Shown piece by piece: positions 13,511-23,216 of a stretch of DNA of 64,000 nt (positions within the stretch are counted from its first letter, which is position 1; the number at the start of each line of letters is the position of its first letter). The DNA is taken from sequence record MK817115.1; one strand, written 5' to 3'. Under the pieces are notes generated by a model that saw only the letters and a program-made list of their open reading frames with translations, searched no databases and was not told the DNA's origin. The translations under genes were made by a program, and so were the position numbers.

Positions 13511-15121
13511 TTATTGTTGACGTACTGTTTCCCAGTTACCATTTATTTGCATTTGAACATAGCGATAACTAATTCGTTCTAAGTGAGTGCCTGAACTACC
13601 ATTAACAGAAATCCATACGCCATCCATAAATGCACCTTCTGGTGTATATGTCCATGAAGAATCAGGTATTTTACTTGTTTCAATACGTGCACTCAAACGA
13701 ATACTTTGTACGTTATTAGTACTAATTTGCAAAGTAACGTTGCCACTAGCATCAGCAGCAGTACCGTTAATTGAACGAACAATATTTTTACCACCAACAG
13801 TAGCTGAGTTGTTAGAAACAGTTAATGATGGAGCAGCTAAAGTACCAGAAGAGTTTACAGTAACTTCTGCTCCACCGGAACGTAATCTCAATGTATTATT
13901 TGAAGAGTTATGATACACTGCCGCACGCTCACCACCGCTTGCGTTACGGAAATATAGAACTAATGATGTATCATTTGACTTAATTGACGCACTGTTTGCA
14001 ATAGTCAATGAACCAGTCATTGTATCACCAGTTTTTAGTACATAACGAGTGTTTGCAACTTTTTCACTCAATGCGACGTTAGATTCAGCAATGTTATATA
14101 GATATGCAACGTTAAAGTGTTCCACATCAATGTTACTAATACCATGATAGTGTGGTTGGTTTCCACCAAGTGTGTTAGTGTTTCCACTAAATGAGTGAAT
14201 GTGGTCTGGTGCTTCGTTAATGTTATTGATTACAGTTGGTATACCGTTATCATTACTTGAAGTTAACGCATTTAGACCACTACGGTCCATACCTTTTAGT
14301 GCTTGACTATGACCATGACGACCAGCAGCCCCTGTGGTCCCACTAAAACTAAATGAGTGTGATGGTAATTGGGCAACACTTAATACTGTGCCGCTAATAT
14401 TACCGCTACTACCAATAACACTATCAGTTTTAGTTACACCTGATGTGGATATCCCTTTTAAGTACGCGTTTTGGTTAAGGTTTGGTACTTGTTTGGTAAT
14501 TGTACCATTTTCCCCCTCCCATTGCCACCACATACCATCAGCAAAACACCAACCGTCAGACGTTTTCCACGGAGCACCTTGTGAACCGTTTCTCCCACTT
14601 TGTCCATTCGATTGTCCTGACATTTGTTCACGTATACTAGCAACAGATTGACCAGAAGTCAATGAATATTGTGTAATAGCACCTGGTTTAAGTGAAGTGT
14701 AAAGACCAGTTGGACCAGAACCACCACTAGAAGCAGTAGGGAATACAATGTTTAAGTTTGTTCCACTAATACTTGCACTAGGAACAGTACTACTACTGTA
14801 TGTTACACTTTCTACTTTTAAATTTAATTTTCTGTTTACTTCATCTAATGAAATTCTAATTGGTTCCAAAATAGTATCAGTATCGTATACTGCAATCCAA
14901 CTTGTACCGTTATGATACTTCAAAACTAATTCGTTTCGATCAAAAACCATTGCACCTTGTTCACCAGTAGGTAACGTTTGTACTGGTATAATAACTGATG
15001 ACGAATTAAAACGAATAGGTCTTGGGTTAGTTGGTGTACCACCAAGCACTATTAGTTCTAAAGATCCATTAGCACCAGTACTGGTCATTGTATCCAATGG
15101 GTTATTAAAACTTATGCTCAT
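13511..15121 (-). CDS. Tail fibre protein
   Basis: Collar-like GWCFADG...VPNL, YVLKTGDTMTGSL repeat motif, C-terminal YRYVQMQINGNWETV typical of enterobacterial fibres paired with Tfa. Confidence 0.85.
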   Translation of the reverse strand: MSISFNNPLDTMTSTGANGSLELIVLGGTPTNPRPIRFNSSSVIIPVQTLPTGEQGAMVFDRNELVLKYHNGTSWIAVYDTDTILEPIRISLDEVNRKLNLKVESVTYSSSTVPSASISGTNLNIVFPTASSGGSGPTGLYTSLKPGAITQYSLTSGQSVASIREQMSGQSNGQSGRNGSQGAPWKTSDGWCFADGMWWQWEGENGTITKQVPNLNQNAYLKGISTSGVTKTDSVIGSSGNISGTVLSVAQLPSHSFSFSGTTGAAGRHGHSQALKGMDRSGLNALTSSNDNGIPTVINNINEAPDHIHSFSGNTNTLGGNQPHYHGISNIDVEHFNVAYLYNIAESNVALSEKVANTRYVLKTGDTMTGSLTIANSASIKSNDTSLVLYFRNASGGERAAVYHNSSNNTLRLRSGGAEVTVNSSGTLAAPSLTVSNNSATVGGKNIVRSINGTAADASGNVTLQISTNNVQSIRLSARIETSKIPDSSWTYTPEGAFMDGVWISVNGSSGTHLERISYRYVQMQINGNWETVRQQ

Positions 15122-15152
15122 GTATAAATCCCTTTATGATTAATATATACTA

Positions 15153-15160
15153 TATTTATT
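15153..15160 (-). promoter_or_regulatory. Late promoter box AATAAATA
   Basis: ~30 nt upstream of the fibre gene. Confidence 0.55.
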
Positions 15161-15161
15161 C

Positions 15162-15488
15162 CTATAGCAAGTCGTTATCCATATCATCCCACACAGAATC
15201 AATGATGTTTGCTGCTATCTTTTTAGACATTTTAAACCACTCCGTGTTTGGTTGTCTAGTTGCATTCATTTGTTTAAGCCTTTTATGTATCTCTTTTTCA
15301 GCTAAACGTGCGTCTTCAAAGTGAACTTCATGATAAACTTCAAAATCACGAAACGGGGTAGCTGTCTGATACGTTCTCAAACGCTCTGTCATTTCAGATT
15401 TAGAAGTGAAACCAATCTTAACATAGTCAGGCCATGCAGAGTTTATTATAACATAACATATCTGTGACATAGATTCAATCTCCATCAT
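15162..15488 (-). CDS. T5orf172/GIY-YIG-like domain protein
   Basis: CYVIINSAWPDYVKIGFT...ERLRTYQTATP...AEKEIHKRL...EWF. Confidence 0.8.
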   Translation of the reverse strand: MMEIESMSQICYVIINSAWPDYVKIGFTSKSEMTERLRTYQTATPFRDFEVYHEVHFEDARLAEKEIHKRLKQMNATRQPNTEWFKMSKKIAANIIDSVWDDMDNDLL

Positions 15489-15509
15489 TAATATGGAGAT
15501 ATTTATCTA

Positions 15510-15869
15510 TCAACTAATAGTGAATTTTAAACCAATATCAATTAAACGTTGAAAAGGATTATGTGGCTGAAATTCCGATGGTTCTTGTGCAATGTTTAGC
15601 ACAGGAGCATCAGAATGCAGCACCGACATACGTTCTCTATAATGATCGATGTATTCTTCATACAACATATCTTCAGTATGTGTATTAAGTATATCTTCTA
15701 TGAAAGAATCTAAACTATAATCCAATCTATCATCATTATAATACAATGTTTCAGTGGCTTCATCATATCCAACTAACGTACCATAAGGAACATTTATTTC
15801 TATATTTGAGTACTGACTCTTTAAGTACTCTTCTCTATTAAATTTGTATACAGTTAACATCCGTGTCAA
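15510..15869 (-). CDS. Hypothetical protein (119 aa)
   Basis: Intact ORF with AAGGAG RBS. Confidence 0.7.
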   Translation of the reverse strand: MTRMLTVYKFNREEYLKSQYSNIEINVPYGTLVGYDEATETLYYNDDRLDYSLDSFIEDILNTHTEDMLYEEYIDHYRERMSVLHSDAPVLNIAQEPSEFQPHNPFQRLIDIGLKFTIS

Positions 15870-15883
15870 CTCCTTTAGATTGT

Positions 15884-16981
15884 TTACTTAAAGTTATTTA
15901 CAATTTTCAGTACAGATTTTAGATACTTTTCATCAAACGTTTCAGTAAATCCTGACGGCAACTCTTCAGTACTTACTACTCCACTTTCAATGTATTTCTT
16001 TATGAACTTTTCCAACAATAATGGTTGATTGCCATCCTCAAAGTAACGTTCTACCAGTACTTCATGCTCGAACTCAGAATTGCGGCTTTGTTCATTGACA
16101 CGGCGTTTCATATCACCTGTAATTCCATATTTGTACACCGTCTTATCATTATTAGTTAATTTTTGAACATAGAAATATCCAGGTTTTGATGGTTGATATC
16201 CATATTCCCCACATGATGGACATCCTTTACCAGCCATATGTGCTTTTGGTTGTTGGGAGAAGACACCATGAGTCGGACATACAATATCAATATAATTCTC
16301 GCTTAAAGTATATTCAACCAAGCTATAATCATACTTATGGTTATGGATAGGCGACACAAGTTCAATGAAACGTTCAGTGCTTCTTCCACCTTTACCAGAA
16401 CATGTACCGCAGCCAGTTTTACCCTTCAATAAAGTTTGGGCTGAAACAGTCCATTCGTGTTTACCGCGTGTACAGTATACGGTAACTTCCGTCTTATTGT
16501 TAACATATTTGGTATTTGGAAATTCAAACGCATTGCCATAGTTTTCTTTTACTTTTGCGATGAATGATTCAGTACTGTATGCTTCATTTTTATTACATAC
16601 AGGACAGCCCTTACCAGAAAGAAATTTGTTTGGTGTAATTTCAAAGTAATCGTTATGTTCTTCATCAGTGCAGAATAGTGTTACTTTTGATATAGCGTTA
16701 GTGTAATTTAGTTTATCAAATTTGAATTTATCTTTACCAAATTTAGTTTCTACAGTACTGATGAATGTGTCGTTGTTTGAACGCTGTGACATGTTTGAAT
16801 AACATGATGCACATGTACATGCAATGTGACGAAGTGCAGGTTTGGTGTTTTCTTTCCCACACTTGTTACATTTTACTGTTGTTTTACTTGCCTTGAATAC
16901 TAAAGTACTGAAGTCAAATTCTCCATACTTAGCAGTCATTTGGTTGATAAACTCGTCTTTGTTGATACTTACGTTTGGCAT
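15884..16981 (-). mobile_element. Free-standing putative homing endonuclease (CxxC repeats plus GIY-YIG-like C-terminus)
   Basis: Repeated modules ending GCPVC, GCGTC, GCPSC; C-terminal YFYVQKL...YKYGITG...RR...LEKFIK; own canonical sigma70 promoter. Confidence 0.7.
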
Positions 16982-17013
16982 AATTCTGTCTCTATGTTTG
17001 TGTGTATGTGCGT

Positions 17014-17042
17014 ATTATACATAACCAAAAACATCATGTCAA
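17014..17042 (-). promoter_or_regulatory. Consensus sigma70 promoter TTGACA-N17-TATAAT
   Basis: Minus strand TTGACA tgatgtttttggttatg TATAAT. Confidence 0.85.
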
Positions 17043-17052
17043 TGTTTTTAAT

Positions 17053-17078
17053 AAAAAAAGGGACTCCGAAGAGTCCCT
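17053..17078 (-). terminator. Intrinsic terminator of major capsid gene (UUCG loop)
   Basis: AGGGACTC-TTCG-GAGTCCCT followed by a T run on the minus strand. Confidence 0.9.
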
Positions 17079-17121
17079 ATTGTTTTTAATTTCTTGATTA
17101 AATCTTTTAAATCGATTACAA

Positions 17122-18297
17122 TTACATGAAAGTAACGTTTTTGATAGCGATTTTGCTGTAGTAGTCAGCAGCGTTACCAAGAGATGAAGTACTGTCGGTC
17201 AACTGTACATAGCCATATCTGGTTAGAAAAGTTGTAACGAGTTCCCCAGTGTTAGGGTCCATTACAGTACCAGAAGCCATTAGTGGGATGTATGGGCAAT
17301 AGAATACACCAGCATCAGTTTCCGCATTACCTTTATAACCAATTAGAATATCTTCTGCATCACTAGCATAGGTATCAACGAAAATACGCATAGTGCTGTT
17401 TAGAGTACCTACAAACTTAACGTTAGTTGGTGCTTCGAAAGTACCTTCAGTGGTACGTGCAAAGCTAGAAGTAGTAGCAGATTGTAGAATGGTTAGTGCA
17501 GTTGGGGAAACAACAGCCCAGTTTGCAGCACCACGCTTAGTACGACGAGCAACTTCGTTTGCTTGACGGTTAATTAGAGTTGCTAGAGCAGCGTGCTCAT
17601 CACCAACGAAGGTTGCAACACCAGTAACTTTAGATTGGTCATAAGTTACAGCAGCAGCACCAGGTAGTGCACGTAGACGGCTTAGTAGCTCTTGGTCGAT
17701 TTCTACAGTAACTTCTTGAGCGATTGCAGCCATTAGTTCTGCTTCAACGTCAACACCATGTTGGGATTGAGCATCTTGTGCAGATTCAACAGTCCAACGT
17801 GCAGATAGACGACGAGATTTCGCTTCAACAGTTTCACGTAGAATACGGATGTTAACGCGACGACCCATAGTACCTTCTAGTTGGCTAGTAGGAGCAGCTT
17901 GTGGGTTGCTATTATCCGCATTTAGATCACCAGAGTAAGATTTAGCGATTTTGTATGGAGAAAGCATTTCTTCACCAGCGATTACACCAGGTGCGTTATC
18001 AGCATATTGTACACGTAGGGTGTGGATCTGACCAACTGGACCAGTCATAGGTTGAACACCGATGATTTCGTTAGCAATAACGGTTGGCATTACACGACGC
18101 ATAATTGGTAGAATCACTTTGTTTAGAGTAGCGATGTTACCAGCGGTAGTTGCACCAGAAGTTGCGGATTCAGTTAGCATAACTTTACGATGGTTATCAA
18201 GAACAGTTTCCATTACAGACTTACGAGTACCCTGTAGACCTTCAACTAGTTTCTCTTTTACTGCTACCCATTTGGATTCATTTAGTAGTTGTGACAT
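17122..18297 (-). CDS. gp23: Major capsid protein (gp23-like)
   Basis: IANEIIGVQPMTGPVGQIHTLR, VEAKSRRLSARWTVESAQD, GVFYCPYIPL, TRYG motifs. Confidence 0.97.
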   Translation of the reverse strand: MSQLLNESKWVAVKEKLVEGLQGTRKSVMETVLDNHRKVMLTESATSGATTAGNIATLNKVILPIMRRVMPTVIANEIIGVQPMTGPVGQIHTLRVQYADNAPGVIAGEEMLSPYKIAKSYSGDLNADNSNPQAAPTSQLEGTMGRRVNIRILRETVEAKSRRLSARWTVESAQDAQSQHGVDVEAELMAAIAQEVTVEIDQELLSRLRALPGAAAVTYDQSKVTGVATFVGDEHAALATLINRQANEVARRTKRGAANWAVVSPTALTILQSATTSSFARTTEGTFEAPTNVKFVGTLNSTMRIFVDTYASDAEDILIGYKGNAETDAGVFYCPYIPLMASGTVMDPNTGELVTTFLTRYGYVQLTDSTSSLGNAADYYSKIAIKNVTFM

Positions 18298-18342
18298 TAT
18301 ATATCTCCTTAAAGATGTTATATTCGTTTTTCAGTATGATAT

Positions 18343-18350
18343 TATTTATA
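18343..18350 (-). promoter_or_regulatory. Late promoter TATAAATA
   Basis: Exact consensus ~45 nt upstream of gp23. Confidence 0.8.
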
Positions 18351-18388
18351 GAACTGAAAAATTTGATTATTAAAATGCTTTAAAATGT

Positions 18389-19504
18389 TTATTTTTTATT
18401 GATACCTGAAAGAACATCGAGTTCTTTTAGGAATGCCATATCGTCAGCGGTCATTTCTTCGCTTTCAACAATAGCCTGACGGTTGCCAGTGATTACTTTA
18501 CCTTCTGCAAGAGTTTTCTTAGCGGAAGACTGAACTGCTTGACGAGTGGTAGCAGATTCATTTACTTTAGTACCGTTAAGTACTGACTTATGGTACTTGC
18601 TGAAATCTTCTTTAAGCTTTTCAGTAGGTGAAGTAGCTAGAAGGGATTCCATAATTTGTTTTTGCTGTGCCGTTAGTGGTTTTACTAGTTCAGACATAAT
18701 CGCATTACGTGCTTGTGCATCTTCCATAATACGTAGTTTGGTTTTAGCAGCTTTAACGGCATTAGCAGTTTCATGTAGTTCTTGCTTAACTTGAGCAATT
18801 TCATCTTCTTTAGATTTAATTGATTCAGTTAGGGAACGTAGCAATGAGTTTTCATTAAATTGTTTGACATTAAACTCTTGAGCAAATGCTTCAAAGATTT
18901 TACGACCAAACATATTTTGTTTTGCTTCCACTAGATCTTGTTTCAACGCATATAGATTCTTCTGAGTGGTTTCTGCAATATATTTAGCAGCACTTTCAGA
19001 TGTACGTTTGATGAAGTTATTACGAGCTTCAGCAATTTGACGTGAACCTTCAGCAAGTAGTTTAACGCGAGTTTCTACTAGTTGGCGTTTTTCAGTGTGG
19101 AATTCTTTTAGCTCTTCTGCTAGGATACCGTTAGAAAAATTAACGAATTTACCCATGCATTCATGAAGATGCTTACGTTCTTTACGCATTTGTTTAACTT
19201 CTTCAGCCAAAACAGAGTTTGAAAACGCAGAGAAATTGCTTAGTGTTTTACGTAGAGTTACACGATCTTCAACGAGACGTTTTTTCTCTTCATATACAGC
19301 ACCCATTTCTTCAGCAATGACTTGAGTAACCATAGTGTTCAAACCTTCGGTTAGTTCAGCCAAATCTTGCTGATAACGGCCTTTCATTTCTTCACGCATC
19401 TCTGCGGCTAGTGTATTCTTTTCTTCATTCCATGCTTCCTGAATTAGCTGTTTTGCCTCATCAGAAAGAGATGATTCTTTTAGAAGCTTTTCTAATTTAG
19501 ACAT
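18389..19504 (-). CDS. gp22: Prohead core/scaffold protein (gp22-like)
   Basis: Coiled-coil, Glu/Lys-rich 371 aa between the protease and major capsid genes. Confidence 0.8.
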   Translation of the reverse strand: MSKLEKLLKESSLSDEAKQLIQEAWNEEKNTLAAEMREEMKGRYQQDLAELTEGLNTMVTQVIAEEMGAVYEEKKRLVEDRVTLRKTLSNFSAFSNSVLAEEVKQMRKERKHLHECMGKFVNFSNGILAEELKEFHTEKRQLVETRVKLLAEGSRQIAEARNNFIKRTSESAAKYIAETTQKNLYALKQDLVEAKQNMFGRKIFEAFAQEFNVKQFNENSLLRSLTESIKSKEDEIAQVKQELHETANAVKAAKTKLRIMEDAQARNAIMSELVKPLTAQQKQIMESLLATSPTEKLKEDFSKYHKSVLNGTKVNESATTRQAVQSSAKKTLAEGKVITGNRQAIVESEEMTADDMAFLKELDVLSGINKK

Positions 19505-19551
19505 TCGTTCTCTCCTTTAAGTACTGAAATATCTGTACTTCAACATACAGA

Positions 19552-19559
19552 TATTTATA
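19552..19559 (-). promoter_or_regulatory. Late promoter TATAAATA
   Basis: Exact consensus upstream of the gp22-like gene. Confidence 0.75.
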
Positions 19560-19570
19560 TTTTTAAAATG

Positions 19571-20194
19571 TTAACCTTTTAATTTCTTGAAAAAATCGTA
19601 TATTTCAGAATCTAAATTATTTACTTTTTTAGATTCAGTGATTTTTTTAGAACTATTACAAGGTGATCCGTACTTACTCATCAGAGATTCAAATACCGCT
19701 GTTGGGTATGCTTCTGGAGCACTAGGTTGAGCAACAATATCAATAGTGATAATTTCAAAATCAGAAACTATTCCATTATAATCAACGTTACCGGAACCGC
19801 GAGAACTTACACCAAGTTTTACACCAGCCTCTAGCATTTTACGGATATTCTGACCATGTGCAGTATCAAGTAGTTTGATTTCTGCCATACCATTAGCACC
19901 TTCCATCCAAACCTTAGTAATCATTGCTGCTACACGGTCTAGGTTAATAGTTAGTGTTTCTGGATGGTCACATTCAACAAGAATGCTTTCACCTTTAGCT
20001 AAACGCTGGTTCATGTTATTTACTGCCCTTGTAATTTCAGATAAAGGGTAAATTCTCTCGTTCAAATTTCGTTGGTCGGCTTGAATAGCAATACCACGAA
20101 GATAGCAGTCACGCCCACCAAATCCATTATCACGATGTTCCAAAACAACTTTAGAATCATTGAATGAAGACCATTCACGAATCATACTACTCAT
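19571..20194 (-). CDS. gp21: Prohead protease (gp21-like)
   Basis: QRNLNERIYP, ECDHP, GVSSRGSG, DIVAQPSAPEAYP motifs. Confidence 0.95.
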   Translation of the reverse strand: MSSMIREWSSFNDSKVVLEHRDNGFGGRDCYLRGIAIQADQRNLNERIYPLSEITRAVNNMNQRLAKGESILVECDHPETLTINLDRVAAMITKVWMEGANGMAEIKLLDTAHGQNIRKMLEAGVKLGVSSRGSGNVDYNGIVSDFEIITIDIVAQPSAPEAYPTAVFESLMSKYGSPCNSSKKITESKKVNNLDSEIYDFFKKLKG

Positions 20195-20214
20195 AATGAT
20201 CTCCTTTCAGATAT

Positions 20215-21063
20215 TTATTTTAGTTTAGGTTGTGCTTTGCTTAGTGGTGATTTAGAATTAGATGCAGTAGTTTTTGGTGCTTTAACATCTTTCATTTCAC
20301 CGCGAGCATTTTTACCAAGATCTAGGCTATCTTTTGGTAGAACAGATTTATCATCTAGGTCTAGTAGTGGTGCTTGGTCAGTTTTCTTAGCGAATTTAAC
20401 TGGCTCTGCTCCTGCTACTGGAGATTTAGCTTCTGGTGCTACTGGAGATTTGGAATGAGTGCCAGCTTTTTCTTTCTTATCAACTGGAGCAACTTTTTCT
20501 AGTTTGAAGGATTCACCGAATTTTTCATCGCCGAATTCAACATCAGCAAATTCGTCGTCACCGTCAACACCAACTTCTTCTTCGCTATCTTCTACTTCTT
20601 CTTCAGAATCTAGATCAACTTCACCGTCACCGATTTCATCAAACATTTGTTGTAGGCCACGGAAAGCATCTTGGATTGATTCCCATTGGTCTTCGGAAGG
20701 AACATCAGCATCAGCTTTCACTTCAACGTCAACATCGTCTTCACCGTCACCATCTGCATCAGCAGAGAATTCAACTTCTTCTTCTGCACTTTCATCTTCT
20801 TCACCAAGGGTGTATTCGATTTCAGCATTTAGACCTTCGTCTGGTTGTACATCAAAATCTTCGTCAAGCTTTTCTTCATCTTTGACTTTAACTTCGACTT
20901 CACAATCTTCATCGTCGTCTTCATCTTCCATGCTTTCTTCTAGTTGTTTGTTAATTTCTTGAGCTTGCTCAACGAAATACTTACGCATTTTTTTATCAGC
21001 AATATCTTGTTCGCCATTTGCAAACGCCGCAATTGCTTCTTGTAGTAGTTTTAAATTCGCCAT
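20215..21063 (-). CDS. Highly acidic prohead core-like protein
   Basis: Long D/E-rich centre and K/P-rich tail; lies between portal and protease. Start at 21063 behind GGAGG. Confidence 0.75.
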   Translation of the reverse strand: MANLKLLQEAIAAFANGEQDIADKKMRKYFVEQAQEINKQLEESMEDEDDDEDCEVEVKVKDEEKLDEDFDVQPDEGLNAEIEYTLGEEDESAEEEVEFSADADGDGEDDVDVEVKADADVPSEDQWESIQDAFRGLQQMFDEIGDGEVDLDSEEEVEDSEEEVGVDGDDEFADVEFGDEKFGESFKLEKVAPVDKKEKAGTHSKSPVAPEAKSPVAGAEPVKFAKKTDQAPLLDLDDKSVLPKDSLDLGKNARGEMKDVKAPKTTASNSKSPLSKAQPKLK

Positions 21064-21164
21064 TATATCCTCCATAGATATATTACATTCGTATAAAGTA
21101 TGATATTATTTAGTACTGAATAAAATCGCCTTTTTTAAAAGCTTTAAAAAGTGCGATTTTCGAT

Positions 21165-21392
21165 TTACATTAACCCAGAACCGTCACCAGTTGGTGCAGC
21201 GGCATAAACAACTGCAACCACATTTTTGCGGCGTTGTTCTTCATGTGCTTTAAATTCACGGTACTTTCTTAAGTTGTTTAATACTTGTAATGTTAGTTTC
21301 GGTTTTCTGGAATCAGTAATTTTATATACGTTCTGATCATCTTCAGGGTCGTACATTGAATCACTGCTAGATTCAAAGATGTCCTTTAACAT
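21165..21392 (-). CDS. Small conserved head-module protein (75 aa)
   Basis: AAGGAG RBS; DSRKPKLTLQVLNNLRKYR; CATAAATA box at 21457-21464. Confidence 0.75.
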   Translation of the reverse strand: MLKDIFESSSDSMYDPEDDQNVYKITDSRKPKLTLQVLNNLRKYREFKAHEEQRRKNVVAVVYAAAPTGDGSGLM

Positions 21393-21465
21393 TTGATCTC
21401 CTTGAAATATGCATTATAAATGAGGGTAAAAATAAACCCTCATTCTTATACACTGTTATTTATGT

Positions 21466-23205
21466 TTAAAAAGAATTGCCTAAATTATTAGGGTCGAAAC
21501 CACCACTTCCACTCTGTTGCTCTTGGTATTCGGCATCAGCACTTTCCAAATTACCTTCTCCATCAATACCAAGATCCATTCCAGGATCATTTGGAGCATC
21601 AATACCAACAGACTGCAATCCTGCGGAATCTTCTTCACCACCAGAAGGTTGGGAACCATCTTGTGGATTCTCTTGTAACCACATTTGTTCATTCTTAACA
21701 ATATCAGCTTTAGAAAAGCCCATTTTTTCAAGAATTGTTTGTTTCGCCATATAAGGCAAGTCATTAAGAGGAAGATATGTATTAATTAGTTTAGCATCTA
21801 GTTCAGCTTTACGATAAGAAGCTAAGTTAATAGGTGGATTCATAATAACTTCAAAAGATGAAGTACTAATGTTATATCCATTTTTAACCATAAATCTTTT
21901 GAATTCAGCATCAAAATGTTTTGCAACTAAACGTTGATAACGCATACATTGATTATTGAATCGCAATTCACTTGCCATAGCTTGTGTAGCACCATCACCA
22001 AATAATGAAACACCACCATCATCTGGACCTTGTGGTAGATATGAAGCTGGTATTTGAAGACCACGAATCAATTTATTATTGAAATAACGTAAGTCATCAA
22101 TTTGTCCTAAGTTATCACCGCCTGGTAATGTTTGAACATCTGAACCACGACCTTCAGAAGTTTGTGGGAAAAAGTAGTCTTCTAAAATGCTTAATGGATT
22201 ATACGCTGCATCCATTAGTGAAGTACTTCCACCTTTGTTTGAAGGTATTCTACGCTGGTGGATTTCATTTTTAAATCTTTCAACATAAGCCATCGCTTGG
22301 TGTGCTTGCATATCACCAACATCAATTTTAAATACACGACGCTCAGGTGCACGTTGTACACGATAAATTATGATACTATCTTCCAGAAGTTCTTTTTGCT
22401 TATAGACTTTAAATACGTCCTCAAGTATACTAGTACCAAAAGGCCATACCCCATCTTGTCCTGTATTTAGCGTTAGATGAATTACGTGTTCTGCACCAAC
22501 AGGAATAACGTCTAATTGACCGTTAGTACTGAATGGATCAGCAGTATTTCCTTGACTTGTAAAACCAGATGCACCACCCGCAGCTACTGAACCACCACCA
22601 CCCATTGTTGTCGGAATAGCTCCTGGATAAGCGGTTTTATCAAATCCTACTTGAAGGTTACTAAAAACTTTATCTTTCAAATTTAATGATACGTCACGTA
22701 TATAATAAATTACTGGTGTTTTACCAGTGGCTTCGTTAACAAATACTTGCTCAACATTTTTGGGACTTACCCAATACCAATCGAATGTTTCTGGATCTCG
22801 AATGAAAAATTGATCACCATATTTCAGAAGACCACGCACAATTTCATACATTCGTGTTTTAAAATCATTTTGTTCAGTCCATGCATCTAAACGATCTTCA
22901 ATAGTAGTTACTTCAGTATCACCAATATCATCTTTATATTTGATTTTATATGGTAAACCAAAATCTTCAGTACTTTGGGTACAAAAGTCAGCAATTATAT
23001 TCAATGCAGTTCTAATTTCAGGATCTTGGTCCATTTGCTCATACTGACTATAACGCTCAGTACGGTTTGCCAATCCATTATATACAACAGGAAGATAGGA
23101 AGCGAAATTTGTTTTCGTTCCTGTTGATTTATTGCTATTACTGGACTGATTCGGGATGGTCGATAGTTTAGACCTTCCCACTGTCATATGTCGTTTCCAA
23201 CTCAT
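21466..23205 (-). CDS. gp20: Portal protein (gp20-like)
   Basis: LEDSIIIYRVQRAPERRVFKIDVG, EDYFFPQTSEGRGSDVQTLPGG, YFNNKLIRGLQIPASYL. Confidence 0.96.
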   Translation of the reverse strand: MSWKRHMTVGRSKLSTIPNQSSNSNKSTGTKTNFASYLPVVYNGLANRTERYSQYEQMDQDPEIRTALNIIADFCTQSTEDFGLPYKIKYKDDIGDTEVTTIEDRLDAWTEQNDFKTRMYEIVRGLLKYGDQFFIRDPETFDWYWVSPKNVEQVFVNEATGKTPVIYYIRDVSLNLKDKVFSNLQVGFDKTAYPGAIPTTMGGGGSVAAGGASGFTSQGNTADPFSTNGQLDVIPVGAEHVIHLTLNTGQDGVWPFGTSILEDVFKVYKQKELLEDSIIIYRVQRAPERRVFKIDVGDMQAHQAMAYVERFKNEIHQRRIPSNKGGSTSLMDAAYNPLSILEDYFFPQTSEGRGSDVQTLPGGDNLGQIDDLRYFNNKLIRGLQIPASYLPQGPDDGGVSLFGDGATQAMASELRFNNQCMRYQRLVAKHFDAEFKRFMVKNGYNISTSSFEVIMNPPINLASYRKAELDAKLINTYLPLNDLPYMAKQTILEKMGFSKADIVKNEQMWLQENPQDGSQPSGGEEDSAGLQSVGIDAPNDPGMDLGIDGEGNLESADAEYQEQQSGSGGFDPNNLGNSF

Positions 23206-23216
23206 TATTTTCGTCC

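Noticed and set aside
20237-20962. Ser-rich plus-strand ORFs (20237-20458, 20459-20962, 20676-20885)
   Set aside because: Antisense shadows of the D/E-rich minus-strand gene; no RBS or promoter.
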